From: the human T2T-CHM13v2.0 reference genome, Homo sapiens
Direction: 5' to 3' (one strand)
NCBI RefSeq assembly: GCF_009914755.1
Contig: NC_060947.1
DNA: 64,000 nt
In this document: positions 1-16,223 of the stretch, piece by piece
Position numbering within the stretch: the first letter of the stretch is position 1
Layout: every line of letters starts with the position of its first letter
Program-made: the position numbers and the translations under genes
The notes under the pieces: model-generated
Seen by the model: only the letters and a program-made list of their open reading frames with translations
What the model was told of the DNA's origin: nothing
Database searches by the model: none

Positions 1-153
1 TACCTACCCCAAACCTATAAAACCAGTTCCACTCCCACCACACTCTGCTGACTCCTTTCTTGGACTCAGCCCACTTGCACCCAAGTGAATAAGCAGCTTT
101 GTTGCTCACACTAAGCCTGCTCAGGTGGTCTCTTCACACGGATGTGCTTAACA
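1..153 (+). mobile_element. 3' end of an ERV1-class LTR (LTR7/LTR8-like U5), running off the window edge
   Basis: TATAAAA box, then GACTCAGCCCACTTGCACCCAAGTGAATAA...GCTCACACTAAGCC...GTGGTCTCTTCACACGGA and a terminal ...TAACA, typical of the HERV-H-related LTR R/U5. Confidence 0.75.
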
Positions 154-332
154 AATACCAGTAGTTAGAAATCACTGGGGACCAATGATTTGTTATGGTC
201 CCCAATAACAAATATATATTAAACACAGAAGAAAATTCTTACCATGCAGAAATCCTTCCAATTCAAAATGAGTCAAAAAATTTAAAATAGAAATGAACAA
301 ATATTTACTATAAAGTACAAATTATGTGATAA

Positions 333-1894
<1,562 letters not shown>

Positions 1895-2089
1895 TAAAGA
1901 TGTGTTCTGGGTTTTCCTAAGATAATGGTGGTTAGCTAAATCTTAGTTTACAAGATTTCTGCAAACCCTATGAAAAGTCATACAGATCAACAAAGATAAC
2001 AAATATAACCACAAATAACCCACACGTTCATCATAACAAGAAGGCAGAGGATACTACGTATTTTATATTACCTGGAAGTGAGAGGTGAC

Positions 2090-2700
2090 AGCGTGCTCGC
2101 AAGTCCTCGCAGTCCTCGCTCGCTCTGGGCGCCTCCTCTGCCTGGGCGCCCACTCCGGCGGCACTTGAGGAGCCCTTCAGCCCGCCGCTGCACTGTGGGA
2201 GTCCCTTCCTGGGCTGGCCGAGGCCGGAGCCGGCTCCCTCAGCTTGCTGGGAGGTGAGGAGGGAGAGGCGCGGGCGGGAACTGGGGCTGCGCCCGGCGCT
2301 TGCGAGCCAGCGGGAGTTCCCGGTGGGGCGTGGGCTCGGAGGGCCCCGCACTGGGAGCTGCCGGCCAGCCCCGCCGATCCCGGGCAGTGAGGGGCTTAGC
2401 ACCTGGGCCAGCAGCTGCTGTGCTCGATTTCTCGCCAGGCCTTAGCTGCCTCCCCGCCGGGCAGGGATCAGGACCTGCAGCCCGCCATGCCTGAGCCTTA
2501 CCGCCCCGCCCCGCCCCCCCCCCCCCCCGCGCTCCCCCCGCTCCCCCGGCTCCCCCCGCTCCTGCATGGCACGAGCCTCCCCGAGGAGCGCCGCCCCCTG
2601 CTCCATGGCGCCCGGTCCCATCCACTGCCCAAGGACAGAGGAGTGAGGGCGCACCGCGCGGGACTGGTAGGCAGCTCTACCTGCGGCCCGGTGCAGGACC
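2090..2700. promoter_or_regulatory. CpG-island-like U3 region of LTR12C
   Basis: The only strongly GC/CpG-rich stretch in an AT-rich window; contains several GC boxes (GGGCGG/CCGCCC). Confidence 0.75.
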
Positions 2701-2754
2701 CACTGGGTGAAGCCAGCTGGGCTCCTGAGTCTGGTGGGGACTTGGAGACCCTTT

Positions 2755-3220
2755 GTGTATAGCTAAGGGATTGTGAATACACCAATCAGCACTCTGTATC
2801 TAGCTCAAGGTTTGTAAACACACCAATCAGCACCCTGTGTCTAGCTCAGGGTTTGTGAATGCACCAATCAGCACTCTGTATCTAGTTAATCTGGTGGGGA
2901 CTGGGAGAATCTTTATGTCTAGCTAAAGGATTGTGAATGCACCAATTGGCACTCTGTATCTAGCTTAAGGTTTGTAAATGAACCAATCAGCACTCTGTGT
3001 CTAGCTCAGGGTTTGTAAATACACCAAGTGACACTCTGTATCTAGCTAATCTAGTGCGGACATAGAGAACTTTTGTGTCTAGCTCAGGGATTGTAAATGC
3101 ACCAATCAGCATCCTGTCAAAACGGACCAAACAGCTCTCTGTAAAACAGACCAATCGGCTCTCTGTAAAATGGACCAATCAGCAGGATGTGGGTGGGGCC
3201 AAATAAGAGAATAAAAGCAG
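2755..3220 (+). promoter_or_regulatory. LTR12C NF-Y (CCAAT) enhancer array and TATA-like promoter
   Basis: Eight CCAAT boxes (2782, 2823, 2864, 2942, 2983, 3102, 3151, 3175), AATAAAA at 3210; LTR polyA signal AATAAA at 3296. Confidence 0.75.
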
Positions 3221-3883
3221 GCTGCCTGAGCTAGCACTGGCAACATGCTTTGGTCCCGTTCCACAGTGTGGAAGCTTTGTTCTTTCACTCTTTGCAATAA
3301 ATCTTGCTGTTGCTTGCTCTTTGGGTCCACACTGCCTTTATGAGCTGTAACACTCACCGTGAAGGTCTGCAGCTTTACTCCTGAAGCCAGCGAAACCACG
3401 AACCCGCCGGGAGCAACGAACAACTCCAGACGTGCTGCCCTAAGAGCTGTAACACTTAGAAACTGTGATTTCTATGTGATGGCAATTAATTTAAATGCTT
3501 ACAAATATCTAGTGAGTTAAATATTTGAATTTTTACAACATTTCAAGGAAAAAAACATGTCCAAGTGCCAAAACAAAAGCAATTGCAATCACACTTTTGC
3601 TGTCCCTTACATAGCTTTTCGTAACTCTGCCCTGAAAATCTAATTTAGAGCTTTGAAAGCAGCAAAATGTAATTATATTTTTATTAGATACACAAACTGT
3701 AATTATATTATAGTTTTCTTCTGTGAATATTCTAAAATGTGCTTTTAGAGGATTCTTTAACACAAATGCTGCCTAAAGTGACAACTGCTTGAGGCAAAGA
3801 GGTTATGAACCACCACTGTAAAATTGTGAGAGCTGCAAGACTTATGCATGTGATCACTGTACATGAAGCTCAAATTTTTTTCA

Positions 3884-4240
<357 letters not shown>

Positions 4241-4351
4241 TCATAAAAGTACAAGCTGCCTTATGCAAGAACTGTAGTGTGGTAACTATCATACAAAGTT
4301 TACATTTACTTCTCAATAATGTACATACATATCATATTTGAAATAATTTAA

Positions 4352-4774
<423 letters not shown>

Positions 4775-5237
4775 TAAAAAGTCAAACATTCCTTCCTTTT
4801 CTTCCTCCTCCCCTTTGTCAATCTTTCCATTCCCCTTCAGCCTAACATCCTCATCATATACACTAATCTATACTTAGAGATGCAAATACCGTATGTAGTT
4901 GAGATATGCATGTATTTCTACTTAACTATTAAAGCCTTATGGAAATGGCAGTTGTTCAAATAAAGCTTAAAAAATGAGAAACTAATTTTAACTTCAGAAG
5001 TTTTGAACCTTCTGTAGGGATCTTCCAGTATGGCTATAATACTTTTGATCATAAGAATATCCATTGGTACAAAATAAAGATGTAATTAGCCACTGGGTAG
5101 AAGAGGTTGAGACAAATTGGAATTATGTGAATATATTTTATGTACTGTATGTATCCCCCTTGTCTGGAACTCAAATATATTGGATATGAGAACCTAAGTG
5201 AGAGGAACATAATCTGTTTTGAGAAAAATCATGATAA

Positions 5238-5570
<333 letters not shown>

Positions 5571-6264
5571 TCTACATTGTGTTTTAAAGCTGATCTGTGA
5601 GAGTCTTGATATTTTATTTGGAAAATTATATTCCCAAGAAGAAATATGTTTTTTGTTATGTTCCTAATTTGGAGATAATCTAGACTAGTCTTTTTAAGTA
5701 AATGGATTCATAAGAGCTAAGTCAGACAATTATTATCTGCTTGTTTGGTAAATCTTTTACAATAAATATAGCTGACAGCTTTAAGAGCATAAATGCAGGT
5801 TTCTAAGATAAGTATTTAAATAAATATAGTCTCTAATAATATACATTTTAATTTCAAAGTTATAAGTCAACAGCTCTTAGTAATACTGTAACAAACCTTT
5901 TATTATTGGAGAAAATTTCTGTTCTTTTTTAGCAAATCCTTAAAAAACCACTCGACTTTATGAAATCAATATATATTTAACTTCAGTTGTATTTGAACAG
6001 GTATGTAAATATTTATTAATCTCTGTTTTGCTTTTTCTTCTTACAGTATATAATAGTTAGCACTGACTTGCCTTCTCAAAGCACCTCCCATTTTCAATTG
6101 TCTCTCTTTCTCTGATGATTTTCATGAACCTCTAAGACCTGTGGATTCCACCTCAGTTGAACTTTCTAGCTATGGTGAAATTGATAAATATGGAATACAT
6201 AATTTTGTTTCCATGGCCAACATCTAAAAATAAGAACATAACATTTTTCTTATCATTTGTATTT

Positions 6265-6950
6265 GAATGTTCATTTCTTTATTCATTCAGCAAATATTGA
6301 GGGCTTTCATTGAAGGGATAGGTCCAGTTCTTGTCCACACAGAGCTTTTAATCAAGAGGAACCAACTGACAATAAACTGCCAATACCACAATAGTTTTAA
6401 AAGTTTCACTGTGCTAACTTCTACCTTGGAGAACTATAGGAGGCCATGAGAGCGTAGGTCCTGGGAACCTGACTGCTAAGGATCCCACAGGAAGAGACCA
6501 ACACACGCAACTGAAGGGTGAGCAAAATTTAGCTGAATTTTGTAAAGAAGGAGAAAGCTTTTTCTGCTCACCAGAGCAGCCCGTGGAAATTGTTCATGGT
6601 AAAAACTAAGTGGGCCCATTTGAGGAAGAATTTATGTGGGTGGAGTGGAGGGAGTGGGAAGAGCTTGCCAATAAACAAAATGGGCAAAATAGGCAAGGGT
6701 GAGACCATTCAAGGTATGGTGAGGATTTGGGACTTATAATAATCAGAGACAACTCAATGTTTTATGAATGGAAGTTATGTTCTTTTTTAATGGTAAATTT
6801 ATTGAAAGGGGATTAGGAAAGAAGTTAATGAAACTTCTGCAGTAGTTCAGGCAAAGTGATGGCTTGCCTAAGGGTGAGGGGAAGATGTAGATTAAGATCA
6901 AGAAATGTCTTGCTAGTGTAAATTGAAAGCTATATGAACAGTCATGAATG
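6265..6950 (-). mobile_element. L2 fragment
   Basis: ATTCATTCAGCAAATATTGAG (reverse L2 3' end) followed by purine-rich L2-like body. Confidence 0.55.
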
Positions 6951-7914
6951 GCAACTAGAATCACTGAGCTTATCACTTCAGTGTTGAATACATACCCTTA
7001 ACAAATATACATAATGTTTTAATCAATTTTCAGAAATTGCAGAATGGTTTTTTGGTCTAAAATGAGAAAGATTGAAAGAATCACAGCAAAAATAATGTCA
7101 CAAAACAATAATGATAAAGATCATTTGGGTGTGGCAGTGAAGTGATGATATTGAACAAAAAGAGCATGTCTTTCATTGAAAGTTTATCCTTGCATACTTA
7201 CTGTTCAACTTAATCTCAGGATCACAGGGCCAACAAGTCATGCAATGAAAGCTATGTTGACCAAGAATTCCTGTTACTTTGGTAAATTTCCTCAGGACAA
7301 TGATTGAGTTTTAATTAATATATCAGAATATCAGTAATTTTTTAAAACAGAATGTTTAATAAAATATGGTAAATAATTAAAAACCATTAAATTATAACAA
7401 ATTATTTACAAAATTAATATACATTTTGATATGTAATAAATACATTTCATAGCAAACTCAAGAAAAGTGTCTCAATGATAAAGAAATGAATTTCAAAGTA
7501 TAATGAAAATTATTTTCCATGTTCTTTCTCTAAATTACTGCAGTTTTCTCTGATTTAATATAAAGTATATCCATTTGATTGACAGGAGAACATAATAAAC
7601 ATAAGAAATTAATGGAGTCACTGAAGACAAATTTTAAATATAATAAAGTTGGTAAGGTATTCAAGAAAAATAGAGGATGATACACAAACTACCAGAAGCT
7701 ATTATCTTGAAACATCTAATTTTAAAAATGCCATCTGCGCACTCATTATTTTTATAAATGGCATGTTTTTGAAGGGGTATTTCATTTACATGTTTTTGCT
7801 TCACTTTCATAAGATTATTTAATAGATCAACATTTTGATTAGCTTGAAATAACTTTATTTTACTCTTATATAACAGCAAGAACAGTAAGTAACAAAATGA
7901 AAATTGAAGGAGGA

Positions 7915-8253
<339 letters not shown>

Positions 8254-8542
8254 TTATCTGCTTTCTTTTAAACAAAATACCAGAGATTTTTTTAAAAAGT
8301 GCCTTCCTGAAACATAAATATTTTATCTGAGCTTTCAGCAATTGGCATTCAGTTTCAGACGAATCTAAAATTTAGGTACTATATTTTTGCACCATCTTTT
8401 TTTTCCTTTTTTTGTAATTCTGAGAAAACTCACTGAAGGACATTGAGAGAATTATAAACATCAATTGTCAGTGACTGAAGATGTAAAATGGGCCCTGTAG
8501 TATATCACTATCACATAATATCCAACTAGAGCTTTAAATTAT

Positions 8543-9500
<958 letters not shown>

Positions 9501-10034
9501 TGTGGAGTCACAGAAAGATCAATGACAGTTTCCCCAGTAACTATTTGTGGTGACAGATCAAAGCCAACATGAGAGTTTATATACAACATGCAAACAAAAT
9601 ACAGCAAGATGACTGGCCTAGGGTGAAACCAAATCAGTGTGACACATAAATCAGCAAATCAGGCACAAAAAAGACAACAGGTTAATCAAAAAACAATGGC
9701 CTCTAGCTACAAAGCACATGAAAAATAAAAGAGAAGAGTAATGAATCTGATGCGACCTTAAGCAATAAACTACTCCTATGAAGAAAATCTCATAGAGAAA
9801 GTCACTGAACTAATTTCCAGAGAGGCACAAGGAATACCTGGACCAAGAGTTGCTTATGAAGAAGAAATGCAAGTATAGGGAAAATTCTGACTAGAGAGAA
9901 TGATTCGTAATGTTGTACAAGCAACGAGACAAAACGGAATCTCAATATACAAAGAAAATAATATTTTAATAGGGTGATATTAACAGGTTTAAATAGTACA
10001 AAGGCGTAGGTAAAACATGTTGGAGAGATGTCCT

Positions 10035-10137
10035 TTGAACAGCTTGAACAGAGTCTGTGTTTTGTTAATTCCAGCATCTCTGGGACTGAGCATAATATCT
10101 GGCAGCAAAAATGTACACTAGATTGTTGTTGAATGAT
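10035..10137 (+). mobile_element. L2 3' end fragment
   Basis: Ends ...ATCTGGCAGCAAAAATGTACAC...TTGTTGAATGA. Confidence 0.45.
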
Positions 10138-13100
10138 AAAGATATTAAAGTGATCCATCCTTGTTACCTCAGTGGTGTATAAGATGAGTGAGTGTGAAGA
10201 GAGAGCACAGGAGTCTTGATATTTTTATTTAATAAGGTTTGATAGTTTTTTTTGGACTGAGGGAAAGAAGATAATGGCAACAAATGGAGGCTGATGGGAA
10301 GAGAATGGTGGGGATTCTTATCTCCTCCTTATCAGGTTTATGTAGAGGAGTCTGTTTATTCACAAGAAGGAAACGGTATGAAAGGAAAAAAAAAAATCCC
10401 AGTTTCGATCTGCCTCCTCACTCTCCTCACTCATGATTTGCCAGAGGAAGAAAACCAACATAACTGATAGTGAATTTGGGTGAAGAGCTAGAAGAGGAGC
10501 AGACGAACACACTCTTTTCTTTCTTTCTCAAAGTCTTGAATCCAGGATTCACACTTTCTCTTCCTCCTGCATATGTAAGTTCTCTGTCCCTGCAGGAAAT
10601 TTACAACTTGCCAGCTTGGGTGAATGCATTCAATATTTGTGAAAAAATTGCATTCAATAAGCTCATTTTGTCCAGAGGTCTAGGCCACTGTCCAATTCAT
10701 CTTTAGAAATAATTAACATGACATTTTTATTTCCATCTGCCTTATTTCTACGTCTACTTCTCAGTTGATTTTAAATTCAGATGAGGTATGATTAATTATC
10801 ACTCCTTAATCCCTATCACAGTCCAAGCCACAGAGTATAGGGCTTCAATTTCCATCACAAGGGATTTAGGAGACAACCGGAAGTACAAAATGGCACGAAC
10901 AACACAAATCATTTGGGCACTCTTTAATGTGCTGAGTAACTATAATTGAATTACATACAAAGGGAAAACAGCTGGTTGCCTTTGCATATAGTAAAGAATA
11001 AAGTTGTACTCAGGGTTGTGATTAGACTTGTCCCTTCATAAAAACATAGGTGGAAGGCAGAGAGACTTAACATAGAGTGCAGGCAAGTCAGTCACACCCT
11101 TGGAGTAAGGGCAAGGAAAGGAACCAAGTTATCATCAAATGCCTTTAAGACCAGAAAAGGGAGAGGTCAGCTGAATCATTCAAATATTCAGGTACCATAC
11201 AGACAGAAAAATGCTGAAGTCAAGAGGGAGCTGATAAAATCTACTTCTGTGTGGCAGTGAAAACTTGAGGAGAACACAAAATAACATTTACAAATTGAAG
11301 TGTCTTTAGTCAAAAAATAGATGAGCTTGTTGAATTTGGTAGCACTAAGCAGAGAAAAAAAGTGTTTTAGTGGGAATGATGGGTGATAAGCCCGCAAACC
11401 TTCCACTTAGTTATTTGCAACATTAGATGTTGTTTATGATAAAAGTTAATGAAACAGTAAAATTAAAGTCATATTAAGAAGTATATTTTCAAGAAATATT
11501 TGAGAGATTGTTTTTCTAATATGCCTTTCAAATTTCTCAAAATTATACTGGCAGCTTTCATGTAGATCTTGCTCATCGAGGGGAAAGTGATTTTTTTTTT
11601 CAGGTAGTAACTTTAATCAAGTCCTATTATAACATTTCTAATTTCTTTAGTTTAAAACCTGACAAGAGTGTCAAGTAGTAAAGTAGTGAGAACATATTAA
11701 AATATTTCCCATATACAACATTTCATTATACCGTCCTTTGTACATAGAATCATTTTTGTTCATCAAGATAGATTTCAAATAGAAATAAATTTTGAACACA
11801 ATCTTGGTTAAGTTCTTACACTGAAACTTAACCATTAAACTTCGATGAAGTGTAGCAAGATTATACAAAACAATCTTTTCACATCTGAATGAGACTGGAC
11901 ATTTCCAATGTACCATCAATATCATTTGTTCGCTTATTAAAATTTTGTTTCATTATGAAATACTTAACAAATTTACTTTAGTCCTGCAATTTGGCAGCTA
12001 AGTGTTACACATTTGAATTCTGAGGTTAGTCCACTATATTCTCTTTGTCACTGATTTGCCTATTACCAGTTTTTGCTATAAATGGAAGAATGGCTTACTG
12101 GGTTAAATTTAACAAACATTTTATTTTAAAAGTTTTCTCTATTAGTTTTACTAAAGCAAATTATGTACCTAGGTTATAATAACATTTCCAAGAGAAATGG
12201 AATTAGTTTCCATCTGTCCAATTTTAAGTTGAACAAATAATTTAGTAATTTAAACAGTAATTGAGGGAGTTGGCAATAAAATAGTCTACTCTTTCCATGT
12301 GAATATATTTCAATTTTATTTATAAATTTAAGCCTTGTAATTATTTTTACCTTGTTTGCAATTAAAAATTAAAATTTACTCAGACAAAAGGAAATAGCAA
12401 CTATTAAAAACAGCATAATCAAAAATTAATTGTATTTCCTAGTAATAAGATAATTCTTATATTGCAAAATTATTACTAACTAGCTGATGAATAAGAGGAA
12501 TGTGATTTGTGTGAGATCTCAAACATTTTTGTGTAATTCCTAAAAACTTATGGGATGTAGTTGAATGCATATGACCAATACTTATTTCATAATTCTCCAC
12601 ATTTAAGAAAAAAATAATTACTTTTATCTCATCTACTGAAGGTGAAAGGGGAATTATTCTGGCAATATTTTTTTATTCATTTACTTAAGAAATATTTAAT
12701 AGTTCCTGAAACTCTACCACATGCACTGTTAAGACTCTTGTTTGCAAGCAACAGTACTCCACTTTGAACAATATTGGAAGATAGTGTGGATTTTATGAAG
12801 TGAATGAAAGGGTTGAGTAATGGTCACTGCACCAGATCTATAACTTGATGAGTAGTCAGATAAAGCAGCCTGTAAGGGGAAAAAAAATGAAGAAAACATG
12901 CAGAGAAAAGAGATTAAGAGATCCCCTAGCTTTACATTTTACAGATTCAGTCCCTGTATTCTGACTACAAAAGCTGTGAGGGAAAGGACTCATAGCCCAA
13001 CCCTGATCAGGTACCCACTTGGAAAAATTAGCAGTGAGCAAGGGGACACATAATTGAAGGAATATTATAAGAACGTGTGGCTGATGGTAGCAGTGTCTAG

Positions 13101-13739
13101 AAGAATAGAATGGGGGTGGGGGGTACAAAGTAGCCTAGACAGCCTATCCCACTGATATCTACCATATTGGAAAAGCAAATGATAAATGTGTAGAAGTAGC
13201 CAGTTGTCCCAATTAATTAAATTATAGGCTGGAGACCTAGGATATAAGTTAAACCACATATAATCAACAGTAGTTGACCATGTTTGCCTTTAAAACTGGC
13301 TACTTAATGTGTTACAACCTAATCATTCAGTAAGTAATGGAAAAAAGTAAAAGTGACAGAATCAAACTGAGTAGAATATCCAAAAAGGCAAAAATGAAGT
13401 GGAAGCAACTTGGGCTAACTGATTGGCCACTCTATGACAGACACTATACCTTAAACAGGAGTCCTTTTACAACTACTTTGGTTTTAACATTTTGCATTTT
13501 GTTTGGATCTTACAATATTTAAAAGACAAAGCAACTGGACAGGTGTTAGGTCGGGTTACAATATGAAAAACTCAGCTGCTACACTCTCACACCTATGCTG
13601 TTTCTATGTTTATACTACCTGATAGCCCACCCAAAGTCATCTGTATTTGCCATGATCACCTGCATATTCTTGGAAGGATGGATTGAGGAGCTTAGCAGTT
13701 ACAAAGACATTGCAATGGCCCGTGCAAGAGATGATAGGA

Positions 13740-13990
13740 TAGTTAAAAGTTAAAAACATGATCCTTGCTAAAAGATGAGCCTGGCCCAATAACCAATCTT
13801 TTCCACTTTCAAGCTATTTTATCTGAGCAAGGTCATCTTGACAAATAACCTTCCTTATGTGCAAAATCTAAATACACTACTTGTCACAAAGGCTTTCTGA
13901 GATGATTAAATGAGATAACGGTCTAATTATTACAAAACATAAATCTCTTACAACAATTCCTGGAACATAGTACACATTCAGTAAATTGGC
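13740..13990 (+). mobile_element. MIR
   Basis: TGAGATGATTAAATGAGATAA...CCTGGAACATAGTACACATTCAGTAAAT. Confidence 0.65.
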
Positions 13991-14029
13991 ATAGATATCA
14001 ATAGGTTCTAATCTGGGGGAAAGGGCATG

Positions 14030-14378
14030 GTAGAGCTTCAGTTGCAGCAGTGTGGGCCATGTGACTGAGTTCTGATCAATAGGATGTAAGCAGAAATTAT
14101 GTGTGCAACTTCAGGTCGTGGCTTTAAAAGGAACTAGCTTGCTCTCCACTGCAGGTGTGACTATGGAATTGAACATTCACAGGAAGGCAACTTAGGGGAT
14201 GGTGGGACAACAAAAAGTAAAGAACCTGGGTCCTCGGATAATACAAAGGGACAAAGGCACTACACTTCTTGAACTACCTACAAGTACAGGTTTTCATGTG
14301 AAAGAAAAATGAGCCAGTCTTGTTTGTCATTGTTACGTGGTCACTGTTAAAACAGCTCAAGTGCATTCCTTACTAATA
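14030..14378 (+). mobile_element. MaLR LTR fragment (MLT1J-like)
   Basis: GGCCATGTGACTGAGTTCTGATCAATAGGATGTAAGCAGAA motif; end ...ACAGCTCAAGTGCATTCCTTACTAATA. Confidence 0.6.
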
Positions 14379-15611
14379 TGTACAAGGAATCTAGATGGTT
14401 TTCTCTTTAAAAACTACTTCCACCACTCAAGTATGAGTGGAAGCATGGAAGTTCACATGCCTAATTGATTATGATGTAGCACCATCTCAGTGGTAATGGA
14501 TTGTGCTGGGAGAGGAAGAACTATCCATATTACTTCAATAATTTCTTGAATTGTTAAAAATGTGCATTTTTAATTTAAGCAATAGAAATGTCCACTATTA
14601 CATTAAAACTATTTTACTGTACTCTGTTGTAACTCCCTCAGTTATATCTCATTTATATCCTTTTACCACTGAAATAATTAGATCAGAAACAAAGCTAATA
14701 AAATTGGGATTAAAGTTAAATAGAAACATAGATATGGATGAAGCAAACTGGGGAAGATATTTTGTTCTGCAAAAAATTGAATGCTTAAATTTGTCATCAA
14801 CTTGCTATTTAAATAATATGTAAACATAAATTGTTTACCCCTTAAATTGAATGAAATACTGCCATAGCAATTTCCCCTTCAACGTGTATTAGCTTCATTC
14901 CATGTTAGTTCATCTGGAAGTCAGTTGAGAAGCAAAGTCTGCATGATTGGGATTTCATTTTGCCAGACCATCATATTAACTTTTTGAGAAATTGTAAGGC
15001 TCTAAATGTCAGAGGAATTATGAGGGCCCAAGTGCACCATCCGAAATTCAAATCAAGATGGTTTTGTCTTTCTGTGCTCATGGGATATTTCGGTCCTTAG
15101 CAAATTCATCTTCTGACAAATTTGGTCCAAAAATTTGAATCCTAAAGCTGAAGCTGTTTAAATCAAATCTTTTTCATTATTATTAGCATCTCTCTGTAGC
15201 TAAAAAACAAATATTGCTTGCTGAGAACTATACAGATCTCAGAAAAATCATTTCACATAAAAGAGGGAGAGAAATTGCCTTGCCATTATGTTAGCATTTT
15301 AACTTTTATTAACATTGTAATTGGTAGTGTACAAAACACAGGAATTGTGATATTAAACCTGACTTTCTAGTAGGCATCAAATACATCTAAAAATAATGAC
15401 TGACACAAACATGAATAATTCTTTTACTACCAGGGTCAAAACATTTCATTACCAAAATGCTTGCCTAAAAAGATAAAATGCCTCAAATCAATATTTTGAT
15501 ATATATTCAAAAGCACAAAACATATGTGAGCAATCCATGGATTGTTCAAAATGTGCTTCCTTTTTGCTGGTGACATTTATTTCTAGTAAAACACTGATGT
15601 GGTGTTATGAT

Positions 15612-15613
<2 letters not shown>

Positions 15614-15651
<38 letters not shown>
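15614..15651. repeat. (CA)n microsatellite
   Basis: Perfect AC run, about 19 units. Confidence 0.98.
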
Positions 15652-15654
<3 letters not shown>

Positions 15655-16166
15655 GCCATGCACACAGGGTTAAGAAGAATTCTGGACAGAAATATAGTTA
15701 TAATTAAACATTAATCAGACTGCACTTATACCCGTTTGTCATCGCGAGCCACATAGCACTTTCGCATGCCTATTGTTCCTACAAACAGGATATCTGACAT
15801 TAGAATCATAAGGCTTTCATTTAAGAATTGCTTAAGATGTTTTTCAGATTTCAAATTCCAGCAAAACAGCTGATGCCAACCGGTTTGAAGACCCCCACAG
15901 AGAAACAAAATCAGCATGAGAATACAGTTTCTTCATCTCCCTGTCCCAAGACTTTGCCCTGCATGCTTCAACCAATCAATGATCTGCACACTTTAGCCCA
16001 CTCCAAAATCCTTACAAACTCTAGCCCCAGATGCACTGAGGAGACAGTTTTGAAGTTTCCTCCTGTCTCCTCAATCAGTGACCCTATTTTTAAACATCTT
16101 TCTTTGCTGTCACCCAGTGTCTCAGTGTATTGACTTGCCCTATGCATCAGGCAATGGACTTATTAC

Positions 16167-16167
<1 letters not shown>
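15652..16167 (+). mobile_element. ERV1-class solo LTR (LTR8/LTR26/MER41-like group)
   Basis: CACAGGGTTAAGAAGAATTCTGGACAGAAATATAG...TGAAGACCCCCACAG...ACCAATCAATGATC...terminal TATTACA. Confidence 0.7.
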
Positions 16168-16209
<42 letters not shown>

Positions 16210-16223
16210 CAGATAGATAGATA
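16168..16223. repeat. (GATA)n STR
   Basis: About 14 GATA units with one GACA. Confidence 0.98.

Larger units (their letters stand above)
2079..3456 (+). mobile_element. LTR12C (ERV9/HERV9 solo LTR), 3'-truncated
   Basis: Canonical start TGAGAGGTGACAGCGTGCT, GC/CpG-rich U3, ~41-bp CCAATCAGCACTCTG/TCTAGCT tandem units, AATAAAAGCAGGCTG TATA-like box, GCTGTAACACTCACC U5 repeats. Confidence 0.95.

Noticed and set aside
2031-2785. Several 60-130 aa GC-rich ORFs on both strands
   Set aside because: A by-product of stop-poor, GC-rich LTR12C sequence; low-complexity Gly/Pro/Ala/Arg peptides
2755-3185. ~41-bp periodic repeats resembling a CRISPR array
   Set aside because: These are the known LTR12 U3 CCAAT tandem units: no unique spacers, no cas genes, primate DNA
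6100-6223. Minus-strand acceptor TTCTTATTTTTAG| as the start of a coding exon
   Set aside because: All three frames stop within about 25 codons and no partner exons were found
7661-7879. 72-aa minus-strand ORF as a coding exon
   Set aside because: Poor splice signals, no recognisable homology, length compatible with chance
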